A stretch of 48,589 nucleotides of DNA from a virus (taxonomy: Duplodnaviria > Caudoviricetes), in IMG/VR virus record IMGVR_UViG_3300025389_000029, positions 1-48,589 of that record; one strand, given 5' to 3'. Both the position numbers and the translations under genes were made by a program. Every line of letters begins with the position of its first letter. Position 1 is the first letter of the stretch. Of the stretch, positions 24,498 through 33,950 are shown in pieces. The notes under the pieces are model-generated. The model was not told the origin of the DNA. It saw only the letters and a program-made list of their open reading frames with translations, and searched no databases.

Positions 24498-26011
24498 TAT
24501 CCACCAAACATTCTGTTGAAGTCATACTTGGTTACTGCGCCACCAGTAGCACCCGCGGCAGCACCATATCCTAACCATTTAAGAATTTTTTGTTTGCTTT
24601 CAACTTTTGTTGCTTTGTTTGCATAGTCAATCAATTTGTCTTTCAAGCCTGTTTCAAATAACCAACCTTCATTATTTGGGTTAGTAGCAAATTTATAAAT
24701 TTCTTCTGGCGTTTTATTTTGCAAAACAGTTGCAGCATATTCTTTTGCAAGATTGTCTACAGCAGCACTATCGCCTGTTGCCGACTTAAGTTGTTTAACA
24801 GTATCTTGAGTTTTAAAAAATTCTTTGGCAAAAGATTCTGGATCAGCAGCCATTTGCTTAAAGTCAAATTTTTCACCTCGCAATACGCGAGACATTAACT
24901 CTGTTTTGAATACATTTAATTTTTCAGATGCAGCCTTATATGCTTCGTCTGCCTTTTTATATGCTGGGTTCCAATCATATAAATAATTTTCTAATGTTTT
25001 GGCAAGGTCTTTTTTATACTGGTCGCTTAACGCGCCGTACGCTTCAGCAGGTTTTCCTTTGGCATTAGATTCTCTTAAATAACGCAATTCTTCAATAAGA
25101 GCTTTAATGTCTTTTTCTTGTGTTACTGATGGAGCTTTTGTTGTTTGTTTACTTGAAACAAGACCTTTTCCTAAAGGAGAAACTTCGCCACCATAAGTGC
25201 TACCTTTTACAGCATCAATAAGCCGGTTAATCCCTTTTATTTGTTCTTCTCCCATTTCAAAAACTTGTCCATCTTTAGTAAAAGTTTTTGATTTTTCAAG
25301 AGCATCAATAAATGCTTTACCTTGTGGAGACTGAGCGAAAGGGATTCCTTTTACTTGCGCTTCTCTAGCTGCGCTTATTGCAGCATCATAATTGTTTGTT
25401 GCTTCAGCACTTTTTTCGGCAAATTGTTTGTTTACTTTAGATTCAAGAGAAGTACCAATCTTCTCTCCCATTTCTCGGAAAGTTGATGGTTTAATATCTA
25501 ATTCAGGTCTTTTGATCCCTAATAATTCGCCAATTTTTTCACCGCCCTTTGTAACTAATTTTGTAGCCAAAGGAGCCAATTGAACAGCAGGCAAAGCATA
25601 TTCCCCAAATGTTTCATATTCTTTATATCTAGGATCAACGCCTGGCTTTCTGCCTATTGCTTTTTCGCCTACTTGCAAAACATTTTCAACTTCTTCTGTT
25701 GTTGGAAATAATGTTTCCCTACCAAAACCCATATCACGTTTTGATGTTTTTTCTTTCATTCCTAAAAATTTAGGAACAGTATCCAAAGCAAATCTTTCTA
25801 ATTCTCCAGGACCACCAATAGCTGTTTTTACAACGCCGCGACCAGCAGCAGACGCACGGTTAGCCGCTTCTTCAAAAACATCACTAAAACTTAAATCTTT
25901 TGTTGTAGGAGTTTCTTTTGATGTTTTTTTAGGCAAATCACCGTACCCATCATTGCTTGATGATGGAGCATTGTTTGCCGATGCTTTAGGCAAGTCGTCA
26001 TATCCGTCCAT
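24494..26011 (-). CDS. Putative internal virion / DNA ejection protein
   Basis: 505 aa helical, N-terminal Y.DLP repeats, C-terminal Gly/Ala hydrophobic segment; last of four large genes after the tail genes. Confidence 0.55.
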   Translation of the reverse strand: MDGYDDLPKASANNAPSSSNDGYGDLPKKTSKETPTTKDLSFSDVFEEAANRASAAGRGVVKTAIGGPGELERFALDTVPKFLGMKEKTSKRDMGFGRETLFPTTEEVENVLQVGEKAIGRKPGVDPRYKEYETFGEYALPAVQLAPLATKLVTKGGEKIGELLGIKRPELDIKPSTFREMGEKIGTSLESKVNKQFAEKSAEATNNYDAAISAAREAQVKGIPFAQSPQGKAFIDALEKSKTFTKDGQVFEMGEEQIKGINRLIDAVKGSTYGGEVSPLGKGLVSSKQTTKAPSVTQEKDIKALIEELRYLRESNAKGKPAEAYGALSDQYKKDLAKTLENYLYDWNPAYKKADEAYKAASEKLNVFKTELMSRVLRGEKFDFKQMAADPESFAKEFFKTQDTVKQLKSATGDSAAVDNLAKEYAATVLQNKTPEEIYKFATNPNNEGWLFETGLKDKLIDYANKATKVESKQKILKWLGYGAAAGATGGAVTKYDFNRMFGGY

Positions 26012-27462
26012 TAGAACTCCTGTCCTGTTCTTTCTTTAAAGCGTTTTTTCACTGCTGTTGGGTCATAACCATCCGCAATTGCTTTTTCTGCTTTTTGTCG
26101 CTGGTCTGCAACTTGCTCTGGAGAAGTGTATGTAGGAGCAGCCGGCGGAGCAGACGATAAACTTGGTGCGCCGACAGAACCGGAAGAAACAATGTCTCTG
26201 CCAATTTCAAGCATATTTTTTCTGTTTAGTTTAGGACTAAATGTCGCTGCGCCCGTAGACAATTCAGTAATGTGTTGATCCATAAGATTTTTAAAACCTT
26301 CAGGATTAAATTGATCTTGCTGCAACAAATCGTTAAATCGTTTTTGCAACGCAACAGTAAATCCTTTTGATCCACCCGCCAATGCTCTTTCATAATTAAC
26401 AAGGTATGCAGCATAACGTTTAGCAAAAATAAGTTCAGGTTGTCCGTTATCAGACAAATCTTCGCCTTTTCTAAATGAATCAACATATCGGTTTACAGTT
26501 CTGTTAAGTTGACCTGAACGACCAATAATGTCTTTGTTTTTTTCAATATAATTTCTTAAATCTTCCGCCTCGCCAACTGCTTTTGCAATTTGCGGAACAT
26601 TTTTTAATCCTTCTTTATCAAGTTTTGCGCCGGTTCTTGATGTAATTTCTTCAGCCCAATCCGAAGGTGAAGCTAATGTTTTTGCTCCAAACTTAGTCAA
26701 ACCTTGTGGCAAAGGAATTACTTCACCTTTAGCGTTATATACTTTTCCATCAGGTCCGGTATAAGCAGGAGTAATCTTTGCCTTTTGGTCTTCTGCTTCG
26801 TACCGTTTCTTTTCCATGTCAATACGCTCTTTATGTTGTTGAGCATTTTGACCCATTTGTTTTAATTGCATTTGTAATTGAGCAACTTTGTCTGCACTTT
26901 GACCGTCAGCAATCACACCAGCAATACCTTGACCTGCAAGAGCCTTTGCTGTTTCTAAGTGGGTTTTTGCTTCTTCACGATTGGTTGCAGACTTTTGCAA
27001 GAACAATGTCAACTCAGAATCAATCTGCTTTTGCAGTCCTTGCAGACGTTTCATGTTGGTATCAAATTCTTTGTAAGCGTTCGCAACAACATCTTTGCGT
27101 CCAGACTTATAACCATCCATGATGCCTGTCATAGCACCCAAGACGTTGTTTGCTGATTGCTTTCCAGAACTTCCTAACATCGTTCCTACAATAGCAACCA
27201 AACCGCCAAGTTGTGCAAAGTCACCCATCGACTCTTTGGGTATTTCAAAAGGCTTTTGTAGTTGTTCACCAATTTGCGCTTGTTTAGCACCTACTTCTGT
27301 CATTTTTTGACGTTCTGCTTCAAGAATAGGCTTCATTTCCTGTTCTTGTTTTTGTGCCAGTTCTACACCAACATCTGCTTTGGCTTTTTCCGCAGCGCGA
27401 GTTTTAGAAGCGACTCCAAATGGATCAGCCATTGGTTTGTTCAAAGTATCTTGCAATGCCAT
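26011..27462 (-). CDS. Putative internal virion / DNA ejection protein
   Basis: 483 aa coiled-coil with a Gly-rich hydrophobic hairpin. Confidence 0.55.
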   Translation of the reverse strand: MALQDTLNKPMADPFGVASKTRAAEKAKADVGVELAQKQEQEMKPILEAERQKMTEVGAKQAQIGEQLQKPFEIPKESMGDFAQLGGLVAIVGTMLGSSGKQSANNVLGAMTGIMDGYKSGRKDVVANAYKEFDTNMKRLQGLQKQIDSELTLFLQKSATNREEAKTHLETAKALAGQGIAGVIADGQSADKVAQLQMQLKQMGQNAQQHKERIDMEKKRYEAEDQKAKITPAYTGPDGKVYNAKGEVIPLPQGLTKFGAKTLASPSDWAEEITSRTGAKLDKEGLKNVPQIAKAVGEAEDLRNYIEKNKDIIGRSGQLNRTVNRYVDSFRKGEDLSDNGQPELIFAKRYAAYLVNYERALAGGSKGFTVALQKRFNDLLQQDQFNPEGFKNLMDQHITELSTGAATFSPKLNRKNMLEIGRDIVSSGSVGAPSLSSAPPAAPTYTSPEQVADQRQKAEKAIADGYDPTAVKKRFKERTGQEF

Positions 27463-27471
27463 GATTGATCC

Positions 27472-28611
27472 TTATTCGGTAGCGGTAGTCGTTGGTTTCA
27501 TGGCTGTGCCAAAACCGATTGATGCCAAAGTAGAATAAAACTTCTGCATATTTGCTGCAAGCTGTTGATCTGATGCCAGACCAGTCATAATTGCTTGCAT
27601 TGTGTACTGATCCGCAATACCGGCTTGCGTTAAACCAGTGTTAATTGCAGCAGTACGCAAATTATTAGCCAAAGTATTAGATGCTGTTTTAATTTGTTCA
27701 GCAGTAAGACCGTAAGCAGCACCTTGCTGATACGCTTGCAAACCTTGGTTTAATTGTTGTTGACCAAGCGTTGCTCGAGCCGTCTGTTCTGCAACACCAG
27801 CTTGCATTGCACCTACACCGCCACGCTGCGTAATACCTTGTCGCGTTTGTGCTTTCAATGCTTCTAATGCTTGCGTATTGGCAGGAGTCAATGCGCCAGC
27901 TTGTGCGCTTTGAACCATTTGAGTACCAACATCTAGTGGCAATTTACCAAGATCAGTAACTTGCTGTGCAGACGCTTGACCTTGCGCTTGAGTCTGAGCA
28001 GCAATGTCACTCAATTGCTGTTGTGCAGCATCAGAACGAGCTTGTACTGGTTGAGCCATCGCACCAATTTGACCCGCAGCAGCTTGACCTTGTTGAGCCG
28101 CTTTATTTGCTTGACTTGCACCCACAGCACCAACACCAAGCAAACCAGCGGCTTTAGCAATACCAGCCGCACCACCCAATGCAGATAATGTTTGATCCCA
28201 CCAGCTTTTTTCTTCTGGTGCAGTTTTTTGCGTTCCAGTATCAGGTTGCAATTGACCAGAAGCAGCCTTGGCAAATTGTGATTCATCGTAAGTTGTAGGC
28301 GTTTGCTTTGGCGTATAGTCTTCAGGATTATATGTTGGAGCAGCGGGTGTTGGAGCAGCATCACTAGGCGCAGGAACATTCCAATCTGAAGCGGAAGCAC
28401 CACCTTCTCCAAAGTCATAACCACTATCGTCAAATTCGGGTAAACCCGTATCAGGGTTAATGGTTCCAGAACCACCTCTACGTTTGAGCAAAGCCGCTTC
28501 TTTAGGCGTAATGTGAGCAAGCACAGTATCGTTGCCTCGACCTTTCTTTCGTAGCAATTGAGCAAGACCTGCCATGTCAATGCTAAGAGATTTAGATAAT
28601 GTTTTGCTCAT
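27472..28611 (-). CDS. Putative DNA ejection (pilot) protein
   Basis: GRGNDTVLAHITP.EA.LLK..GGSGTINP.TGLPEF motif, Gly/Ala TM-like segment, Gln/Ala-rich helix. Confidence 0.6.
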   Translation of the reverse strand: MSKTLSKSLSIDMAGLAQLLRKKGRGNDTVLAHITPKEAALLKRRGGSGTINPDTGLPEFDDSGYDFGEGGASASDWNVPAPSDAAPTPAAPTYNPEDYTPKQTPTTYDESQFAKAASGQLQPDTGTQKTAPEEKSWWDQTLSALGGAAGIAKAAGLLGVGAVGASQANKAAQQGQAAAGQIGAMAQPVQARSDAAQQQLSDIAAQTQAQGQASAQQVTDLGKLPLDVGTQMVQSAQAGALTPANTQALEALKAQTRQGITQRGGVGAMQAGVAEQTARATLGQQQLNQGLQAYQQGAAYGLTAEQIKTASNTLANNLRTAAINTGLTQAGIADQYTMQAIMTGLASDQQLAANMQKFYSTLASIGFGTAMKPTTTATE

Positions 28612-30710
28612 TCTGTACTGCTCCCTGTTGCGTCTTTAACTCTGAGTGATGCCAAATTCCAAACATTTTGTGGTGTGCCGCCTGTTTCTGGACTATCTGT
28701 TTTGCCCGTATCAGAAATTGCGGCTGACGGACTTCCTACGTTTAATGCCTGAGCTAATGCTTGAGAACCCGGTGAGCCTTGTGCCGAATACGTCACAGTT
28801 GACCTTGGCGTATAAGAATAAGGACTTGCTTGCGTAGGTGTAGTGTATGACGGAGAGTACGTTGCTGTCGATGTTGGTGTTGTATCTGCTGAAGTTTTCC
28901 CACCAATACCTAACAAACTAGCCAATGCAGACGTTGCAGGAGCAGAAAAAATAGAAGATAGGGTTTTCCCTAGTTTTGAATCTTCTTTTGGCATCTCTTG
29001 TGGCTTCAAACTTTTTTCATATTCAGCTTGAGTCATAGGATTGCCAGAAGCATCCAATATAAATTCACCTTCTTTTAATGCGTACACTTCTCCCGTTGAT
29101 GGATCAGTATATGTAGTAACTTGAGCAACATCAGGCATCCCCGCAGCCAAATTCTCGCCTCCTGTTGGCGCTGTAGGGGCTACAGGCTCAGGAGCAACAA
29201 TCGCGGCAGCTTCATCAATTGCAGGAGTTTGAATTGTTTGTTCTGGAGAAACTTCTGGGGTGGGAGTTACGGACTGTGCAATATTAGGAACCGTTGTTGT
29301 TGGTTCAGGTATTTCAGGCGTAGAAACGGTTTCTTCAACAGGAATTTCTGGCGTTGAAGCAGTTTCTTTTACAGCATCAGTAACAACATCACCACCAGCC
29401 TGTATGCTCTGGCTAACAGCACTAGAAATTGCGCCTATTTCCGCACCTGCAATTGCACCCTCTACGCCGCCTGTAAGTGCGCCCTTTGCCGCTCCAGTTA
29501 ATGCGTTAGCAAGCAATTTGCCGCCTGAAATAGCTAAATCATCTTCAATCACCTTACTTAATTGGCTAGATAAAGCGGTTGAAATCTCAGGAGTAAGTCC
29601 TGCGCTGATTCCAGCCGCCGCCGCACCTTCTAACGCACCCGTTACAGGATCGCCACCAGACAATGCGCCTTGAATACCGCCTTTTGCTACTTGCAATGCA
29701 GTAGACAGCGTTGACGTTTCAATTCCAATATCAGCGGCTATAGCAGAAAGACTTGCTCCTGCTGTTAAAGGAACACTCATTACTCCAATGAGTTTGTTCC
29801 AATCAATAAAGCCCTCTCCTTTTCTGCCACCCATATCGACAGTAAGTTTTGCAGCACTGTCAGGAGTTAATTGAGGAGTGTTATCAAAAGGCACACCAAT
29901 TGCTGCGGCTTCTTTGGCACTAATGTACATTCCCGTGCCATTTGTTCCTGCACCTAAATCCGAACTGTAAGTTGGATTTTGCATATATGTAGGTGTTTGG
30001 AATTGCAATTCGTTTACGCTATGAACGACACCTTTGTTGTCATGCCATGTCGCAAGGTTTCCATTTGCATCATAATTTGCAATAGGTGCGCCAGAAGTAT
30101 CCGTTACAACAGAATTAGGCGCGTGTTTTTGCAACAATGACGCATTGTTTATATAAGGAGTTGTTTGCTGTCTTGTTAAATAATCTACTGCTTCTTGCGG
30201 GGTTGCCGTGACAGGCGCAGATACAGGCGATGGGTCAGGCGTTGCAAAAGGACTTTGTTCTTGTGGATTATCTACAGCTACTCGTGAAGAAGGATCAGCC
30301 TGAACTTGAGCTTGTCTTTGTTGATACTCTGGAGAACCTTGAATACCAGCAGTTAAATCGTAAAGAGTAGAACCAGAATTTAAAGCATTGTTTGCAGCGG
30401 CAATTTCATTATTATTTGGAGTTCTTCCCAAATATTGTTGATATTGAACAATGATGTATTTTGAATAATCTGTTGCGCTAGAAACCGATGGGGGAGTATA
30501 TGCAGGAGGTTCATACGAAACAAATGCAGGAGCAATAGCAAGCGCATTAGCAAGCGCAGAATTATCAACAGCAGGAGACACAAAAACAGGCGCAGCAGGA
30601 GCCGCCGGAGGTCCGTAAGTTTGATAATCTTGCAAACTCATCACATCGCCGCTGTCGGTATTTACATAGACCGCAGCCCCATCATTATTGAGTTGATATT
30701 CCCAAGCCAT
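28608..30710 (-). CDS. Putative ejection protein with DUF4214-like helical motif and Pro/Thr-rich linkers
   Basis: 700 aa with YQQYLGRTP...SPEY and a Gly/Ala zipper region. Confidence 0.55.
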   Translation of the reverse strand: MAWEYQLNNDGAAVYVNTDSGDVMSLQDYQTYGPPAAPAAPVFVSPAVDNSALANALAIAPAFVSYEPPAYTPPSVSSATDYSKYIIVQYQQYLGRTPNNNEIAAANNALNSGSTLYDLTAGIQGSPEYQQRQAQVQADPSSRVAVDNPQEQSPFATPDPSPVSAPVTATPQEAVDYLTRQQTTPYINNASLLQKHAPNSVVTDTSGAPIANYDANGNLATWHDNKGVVHSVNELQFQTPTYMQNPTYSSDLGAGTNGTGMYISAKEAAAIGVPFDNTPQLTPDSAAKLTVDMGGRKGEGFIDWNKLIGVMSVPLTAGASLSAIAADIGIETSTLSTALQVAKGGIQGALSGGDPVTGALEGAAAAGISAGLTPEISTALSSQLSKVIEDDLAISGGKLLANALTGAAKGALTGGVEGAIAGAEIGAISSAVSQSIQAGGDVVTDAVKETASTPEIPVEETVSTPEIPEPTTTVPNIAQSVTPTPEVSPEQTIQTPAIDEAAAIVAPEPVAPTAPTGGENLAAGMPDVAQVTTYTDPSTGEVYALKEGEFILDASGNPMTQAEYEKSLKPQEMPKEDSKLGKTLSSIFSAPATSALASLLGIGGKTSADTTPTSTATYSPSYTTPTQASPYSYTPRSTVTYSAQGSPGSQALAQALNVGSPSAAISDTGKTDSPETGGTPQNVWNLASLRVKDATGSSTE

Positions 30711-30795
30711 GATTATGTTTTAAAATCCACGATGCAATTGATGTAATACATTTTTGTCCAAAACCCGTTTTTTTTAAATGGGGGGAAGATTTTTA

Positions 30796-31143
30796 TTACT
30801 GGGTACTAATATTTAAAGATGCAGCAATTTGTTGATGAATATACTGATGTGAAGCAAGCCAATCATAAAAATCTGCTTCCACGTTCCAATCAACATCAAG
30901 CATATTAAACGGGTTATTTAGCCCTAAAAGCGAAGCAAAAGCCTGATGTTCGTCTTGATGTGCAAGCAACCAATCGTCCAAATTGTCTGGATTTGCGTCT
31001 GTAATTGGGTATGCAGGGACTTCTATACCTTTTCTAAAGAAAGTATCTCTAAATAATTGATGTTGCAACCCGTTTTCAAACAAAAACTCCCCAAGGGAGT
31101 CTACGTCACCAAACTCAACCGTCGAAAGAGCCGCCATATTCAT
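30796..31143 (-). CDS. Acidic His-containing hypothetical protein
   Basis: 115 aa with repeated W...H...H motifs. Confidence 0.7.
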   Translation of the reverse strand: MNMAALSTVEFGDVDSLGEFLFENGLQHQLFRDTFFRKGIEVPAYPITDANPDNLDDWLLAHQDEHQAFASLLGLNNPFNMLDVDWNVEADFYDWLASHQYIHQQIAASLNISTQ

Positions 31144-31376
31144 AGTTTATCAACCTTATTGTCTAATTTATCCAATATCCGGTTACATAAAATCTCAATA
31201 CGATTTACGGTGTCTTTAAAATCATCTTTGCGAACATAATTGTCAGACATTTCGCGTTCTATATTGCGAATATCATTTTTTAATTCTTTTACAGCGTCCC
31301 ATAATGTTTTAAGGAACCACCCTACAATAGAACCAATTAAACCAATAACGCCGTTAAAGATAAATTGAAAATCCAT
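31140..31376 (-). CDS. Single-TM plus coiled-coil protein
   Basis: N-terminal hydrophobic helix; YVRKDDF...I...LDKL..K.DK. Confidence 0.7.
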   Translation of the reverse strand: MDFQFIFNGVIGLIGSIVGWFLKTLWDAVKELKNDIRNIEREMSDNYVRKDDFKDTVNRIEILCNRILDKLDNKVDKL

Positions 31377-31379
31377 GTT

Positions 31380-32483
31380 TTACACCGCATAGTAAGGAAT
31401 TTTGACAACAGTTCCATTTAAATCAACTTGAATGTAACCAGCAGGAACTAATGGCAAACTAGATGTTGCAAACGTAGCCGTTGATGATGTTGTTGAAACA
31501 AGATTAGTTGCTTGTATGTTAATTGATCCGCCCGTAATTGCCACGTTATTAGCGTTTTGGGTAGACATTGTGCCAAGCCCTGTTACTGCGCTATTGGCAA
31601 TGCTTATAGCTACATTAACAGCGTTTGTAACTTGCCCTTGAGCATTTATTGTTACTTGAGATACTGTTGATGCGTTGCCGTATGTTCCGGCAGTAACAGC
31701 GGTGTTTGCCAACGCAATTGTTACTGGGGACGCTCCCGTGTAACTTGTTCCTGACAATCCCGTACTAATGGTTAATGCGTTTGGATTCGCAGCAGTAATT
31801 GTTCCGCTTGATCCAAGAGCAACGGTTACGCTGTTAAACGTAACAGAATTGTTTGTTAAGCCAGAATTGCCAATTAAAATAGCGGTATTTCCTGCCGCTG
31901 TTAATTGACCTTGTGGATTGACGGTAAATGTTCCAACCGTACTAGCATTTCCATACGAACCAGACGTAACAGCAGTATTTGCAATATTGATTGTTCCGGT
32001 AGACGTAATTGGTCCACCAGTTAATCCTGTGCCTGTTGCAATGTTTGTGACGGTTCCGTTATACGGATTGCTAATTGTGACGTTGCCTGTAAGCGCACCA
32101 CCGCCCGTTAGGTTTGTTCCCGCAATAACATAAATTGTATTGGGAACTGCGCCTGTAACGCTTGCCACTGGAATTGTGGTTGATGATGTAACTGCGTTAT
32201 TGCCATTGGCATACATATAACCAGTTAAGCCGGTTACTGTAATATTGGCAAAAGTTTCTGTGCTTCCGCCTAATATTTTCTGCCAGGTTGTTCCGTTAAA
32301 TATTACCCAATCGCCAACGTTCCATGTGGAAATTCCATCGAGGTTTGTTGACCCGGCTTGAGAGACAATATAGTAAGTGTTTTTAACGCCTACACCACTA
32401 ACTAATGTAGGCGTGTTTGATGCTGCGTTCCATGTACCCGCATAAAATAACTGGTTTATCAATGAACTCGCAGTTTTTAACAT
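31380..32483 (-). CDS. Second fibre-like virion protein of phage A
   Basis: 367 aa Thr/Gly/Asn-rich with Y.GTWNA..NTP.L, GTGL.GG and G.YG.A......VN.QGQ.T repeats. Confidence 0.65.
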   Translation of the reverse strand: MLKTASSLINQLFYAGTWNAASNTPTLVSGVGVKNTYYIVSQAGSTNLDGISTWNVGDWVIFNGTTWQKILGGSTETFANITVTGLTGYMYANGNNAVTSSTTIPVASVTGAVPNTIYVIAGTNLTGGGALTGNVTISNPYNGTVTNIATGTGLTGGPITSTGTINIANTAVTSGSYGNASTVGTFTVNPQGQLTAAGNTAILIGNSGLTNNSVTFNSVTVALGSSGTITAANPNALTISTGLSGTSYTGASPVTIALANTAVTAGTYGNASTVSQVTINAQGQVTNAVNVAISIANSAVTGLGTMSTQNANNVAITGGSINIQATNLVSTTSSTATFATSSLPLVPAGYIQVDLNGTVVKIPYYAV

Positions 32484-32816
32484 TTACGATCCGTCACCAC
32501 ACGTTAAATACAATACACAAGAAGTTGATGCGTTAGCCGTAAAGTAACCATTTGGCACAAACGTAATAACTTCGTCTGTACCGGGCAACAACGGCAAACA
32601 ATTTCCTAATGAGGGATTAGGCGTATTGGCTCCCGCAGTTGCCGCAGTAGCATTAGCACCAAAGCCTAGAAAAGCAACAACTGTACCGGCATTGATAATG
32701 CGATATTGATTGCTACCGCCGCTATACGAAGTAACTTGTACGGGTGTAGGCGCAGGGTTAGTAGCCGTAATAATTACGGTGTTTCCTGTAGGCGTAAATG
32801 GAGCATTAACAGACAT
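32484..32816 (-). CDS. Putative virion protein, paralogue of 23492-23845
   Basis: 110 aa beta-rich, ends YLTCGDGS. Confidence 0.65.
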   Translation of the reverse strand: MSVNAPFTPTGNTVIITATNPAPTPVQVTSYSGGSNQYRIINAGTVVAFLGFGANATAATAGANTPNPSLGNCLPLLPGTDEVITFVPNGYFTANASTSCVLYLTCGDGS

Positions 32817-32819
32817 GAT

Positions 32820-33053
32820 TTACTCCGCATTCGGTTCGATATTAGTTACGCCATTTTTGGCAAGTGATTCTTTTAACATACCCATGAAGGCTTGTTTTCC
32901 GACATTGAGTTGATCGAGATTGAATTGTGATGAACCAATCTTACGATCCAGATCAACTAGATGATTAATAATCGTCTGTTGTTCGGAAGTCATATCTTCA
33001 AATTTATACTGCACGCCGTCAATATTTACGGGGGTCTTTTCTTTGTTTCCCAT
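32820..33053 (-). CDS. Small fibre-associated hypothetical protein
   Basis: IDG..Y..EDM..EQ...INH..DLDRK pattern; AAGGA RBS. Confidence 0.7.
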   Translation of the reverse strand: MGNKEKTPVNIDGVQYKFEDMTSEQQTIINHLVDLDRKIGSSQFNLDQLNVGKQAFMGMLKESLAKNGVTNIEPNAE

Positions 33054-33069
33054 GATATTTCCTTTTAAG

Positions 33070-33366
33070 TTAAATGAAAGAAGCTGCTACACACACTATG
33101 GACGTGGCGATTATTGGAAAAACTAAGTCCAATACCGAATCTAAGTCCCAAGCACGAGGCATGAAGGCAACAAATTCGTTAGGTAAGTTGGCTCGTTTCC
33201 CGCCATAGAATTGTTCAATTGATCGGTATTCTGCTTGGCTATGCTCACGCCCCGCAAAAAAGCCAACCCCGAGCATTGCCCCAGCCAACAAATCACCTGT
33301 TATTAACCAGACAATAAATTGCATCAGCAATGCGTATCCCGCATGAATGAAGTTTGATGAGTTCAT
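33070..33366 (-). CDS. Small membrane protein
   Basis: 98 aa with two to three hydrophobic segments; GREH.QAEYR. Confidence 0.65.
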   Translation of the reverse strand: MNSSNFIHAGYALLMQFIVWLITGDLLAGAMLGVGFFAGREHSQAEYRSIEQFYGGKRANLPNEFVAFMPRAWDLDSVLDLVFPIIATSIVCVAASFI

Positions 33367-33740
33367 GCGCTTGGGGCAGACATATCAGGTGCGGGAGGTT
33401 CAACAGGCGCTTCTTCAACAGGAACCCAAGGCAGCGGTGCGGGCTGTGGTGTGGGAATCTTCTGAGCGTCGATCTGCGCTTGCACTTCAGCTTCCATCGA
33501 AGCTACACGGTCTGCACCAAGAGCGTCTTGTGTCCACAGAATAGCATCAGCTTGAGTAATCTGAGCGTAAGGCGTGAAATTAGATGCTTGAGCAGGAAGC
33601 AAATTAACGGAATACGTCACTGAACCTGTTGCTGATCCATCTTTACCGGAAATGGTGAAGTTAGACATAACAGCAGTGTTTGATTCTGGTGGCGGCATAA
33701 CGGACAAAGCGTTAATTGTCCATGTGTAAATAATAGCCAT
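33363..33740 (-). CDS. Fibre-associated hypothetical protein (possible fibre chaperone)
   Basis: YTWTI...FTPYAQ.T....W...LG...PLPW pattern, often found next to fibre genes. Confidence 0.65.
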   Translation of the reverse strand: MAIIYTWTINALSVMPPPESNTAVMSNFTISGKDGSATGSVTYSVNLLPAQASNFTPYAQITQADAILWTQDALGADRVASMEAEVQAQIDAQKIPTPQPAPLPWVPVEEAPVEPPAPDMSAPSA

Positions 33741-33928
33741 TATTGCACCTCAACGGATGGAATTGGAGTTACAGGTGCTTGCGTGATTGCAGCCGCCTGT
33801 GCTTGTTGTTGAATCTTTGCGCACAAGGGAAACGCACCTGACTTGGTTGGAAGCTCACCGAGCACTTGCAAAACAAAATTTACTTCTTCAGTTGTAAGAC
33901 TAAGCGGAATATCTTTTACATCACTCAT
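33740..33928 (-). CDS. Small fibre-associated hypothetical protein
   Basis: 62 aa with L..EEVN..L..LG.LP...I..QA; AAGGAG RBS. Confidence 0.7.
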   Translation of the reverse strand: MSDVKDIPLSLTTEEVNFVLQVLGELPTKSGAFPLCAKIQQQAQAAAITQAPVTPIPSVEVQ

Positions 33929-33950
33929 TTACTTCTCCTTTGTTCAGGGA

